A stretch of 32,000 nt of DNA from the NCBI GenBank assembly GCA_054660715.1, contig BAAGDD010003710.1:170623-202622 (forward strand), given 5' to 3'. The position numbers and the translations under genes were made by a program. Under the pieces are notes generated by a model. That model was not told the DNA's origin, did not search any database, and saw only the letters and a program-made list of their open reading frames with translations. The DNA comes from Chrysotila carterae. Its lineage: Eukaryota. Within the stretch, counting starts at the first letter, position 1, and each line of letters starts with the position of its first letter. Of this stretch, positions 30,649 to 32,000 are shown one piece after another.

Positions 30649-32000
30649 TTGCCTTCCTTGCTTGCACAATCGCTCATCAACTCAAAAAGAAGTGGATTTG
30701 CCTGTTGAGACCATGGAAAGATGCGCAGCGCGTAAGTCAGAGGAGGAAAGGCCTGACTATCAAGACTTGCTTTGAAGATCGATTGGCCTTTGACACGTTT
30801 TAGTATTAAATGTGCTATCGTGCCGCTGTATCCGAAGGAGCTGACCCCCACCTCGGCAGGTAAGTTGACCGTTGTCCCAATCTGGGTCAAAAACGTAGAT
30901 GGTGGTGCATGCGTGAGCGCGGAAAGCAACGGGTTCAGCATGCGTAGCTTCCCGTTTGGCTCATAACAGCTGGAGTGAAAAAATAAGCTTGCAAACTGTA
31001 AGCCAGCCATTCCTGCAGCAGGCTCGCAGTGCCCGATGTTGGCCTTCACACTATTCAGTTTTGACGAGCCATTGACACGACACAGAGCAGCAACTTCGGT
31101 TGGATCTCCCAATGCTGTCCCTGTCCCATGAGCTTCAACAAGCTGAAGGGTTGTCATTCCAGCTGAAGACAGCGCAGCTTGAATAACCAGCTCCTGGGCT
31201 TGCCCATTTGGTGCGGTCAGGCTTGCGCTCCTGCCGTCGCATCGAACTGCACTAGTAGCTGTACAGGCAGTGCTACTGGTGTGAATTTGATTGTATAATA
31301 GTATGCTGCCAGCGCCTTCAGCTCGAACGTACCCGTTGGCAGAGGCATCGAAAGTCTTACATCGACCGTCAGATGAAAGCATTCCAGCCCGCGCGAAATG
31401 TATGAACACTGTCGGCAACAACATTATGTTAACGGCCGCTGCGAGTGCAGCGCCACACTCCCCCGTCGCAACACACATTTCAGCGCTGCGAATTGCTACC
31501 AAAGCCGAAGAGCACGCGGTGTCGATGCTCAAGCAGGGGCCTTGAAAACCAAGAGTAAAAGAAAGACGACCAGAAGCAATTGAAATCTGTGTGCCAGTAG
31601 CATCATAAACGGAAGTCTTTCTCGTCGGAAGTGAAGCAAAGTCAGTGCTCATTATACCGACAAAAACTCCAAAGCATGATCCGTACAGGCGGTTCCGCCT
31701 CAGCCCGGCAACATGCACAGCTTCGTAGCCAACTTCGAGCAGCAAACGCTGTTGTGGGTCCATCGAACTTGCTTCTGCCACAGAGATGCTGAAGAGGGCG
31801 TGATCAAAGAGCTCCGCACCGGAAATAAATCCTCCCACGATCTCGAGCGTAGCGTCAGCAAAGTTGTCGCTTAGAAAGTTGCGCTGAGTAGGCTGAATAG
31901 CTACAGTATCCCCAGCAGCGCGCTTCATCTGGCTGCTAGAAGTTATGCTCGTCACACTACCTGGCCACCGGCCGCTCGTAACTCCCTGGGTCAAGCAAGC
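29958..32000 (-). CDS. Giant modular type I PKS, exon segment 1 (5' end outside window): KS1-DH1
   Basis: Open minus frame (track ORF 29715..31994; its initial M is really a TTG codon, so not a true start). KS motifs DTACSS, EAHGTGT, KANIGH; DH motifs HIVLGKIVFP and DLDGALQ. Ends at ...GSLWA before a GTACGT donor. Confidence 0.93.
30796..31988 (-). other. KS1 domain (nearly complete, N-terminal edge near window end)
   Basis: GVTSGRWPG...MDPQQRLLLEVGYEA...SIDTACSSALVA (Cys codon 31512-31514)...EAHGTGT...KANIGH...GVSSFGYSGTIAH. Confidence 0.93.

Noticed and set aside
31992-31994. Start codon of the PKS at 31994
   Set aside because: The codon is TTG, sits in the N-terminal part of a KS and the frame continues to the window edge; the real N-terminus is outside.
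1-32000. Bacterial trans-AT PKS cluster
   Set aside because: Four short GT..AG interruptions with frame shifts at a conserved site, no separate bacterial-style genes, ribosome-binding sites or intergenic regions in 32 kb.
1-32000. CRISPR arrays, rRNA/tRNA genes, promoters or terminators
   Set aside because: No short spaced repeats, no rRNA or tRNA-like sequence noticed, and the window appears internal to one coding region.
1-32000. KR stereochemical type assignment and firm naming of the gene as PKZILLA
   Set aside because: The diagnostic LDD/W motifs are degenerate here (e.g. VLRDKL, VLADGV, VTADSL) and are calibrated on bacterial KRs. Naming needs database comparison that I cannot run.

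Overview
The window appears to lie wholly inside one very large, intron-containing type I modular polyketide synthase (PKS) gene on the minus strand, open at both ends. Five exon segments (32000-29958, 29854-24992, 24888-19987, 19859-15933, 15805-1) join through four phase-0 GT..AG introns. Together they give about 10,513 uninterrupted codons with no start or stop in the window. I read 9 ketosynthase (KS), 4 dehydratase (DH), 2 enoylreductase (ER), 8 complete plus 1 partial ketoreductase (KR) and 8 acyl carrier protein (ACP) domains. I found no acyltransferase (AT) domain in any module, so this is a trans-AT-like eukaryotic assembly line. Module order (N to C, coordinates descending): 2x KS-DH-ER-KR-ACP, 2x KS-DH-KR-ACP, 4x KS-KR-ACP, then KS-KR(partial). 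The gene is built from near-identical tandem duplications: a 3138-bp KR-ACP-KS unit, a DH-intron-KR-ACP-KS unit (offset 4054) and a DH-intron-ER-KR-ACP cassette (offset 4966). Their breakpoints fall at domain borders, mostly just after the KS, and there are patchy signs of gene conversion and a KR swap. The overall style resembles giant PKSs of microalgae (haptophyte PKZILLA type), but the host and product cannot be fixed from sequence alone.
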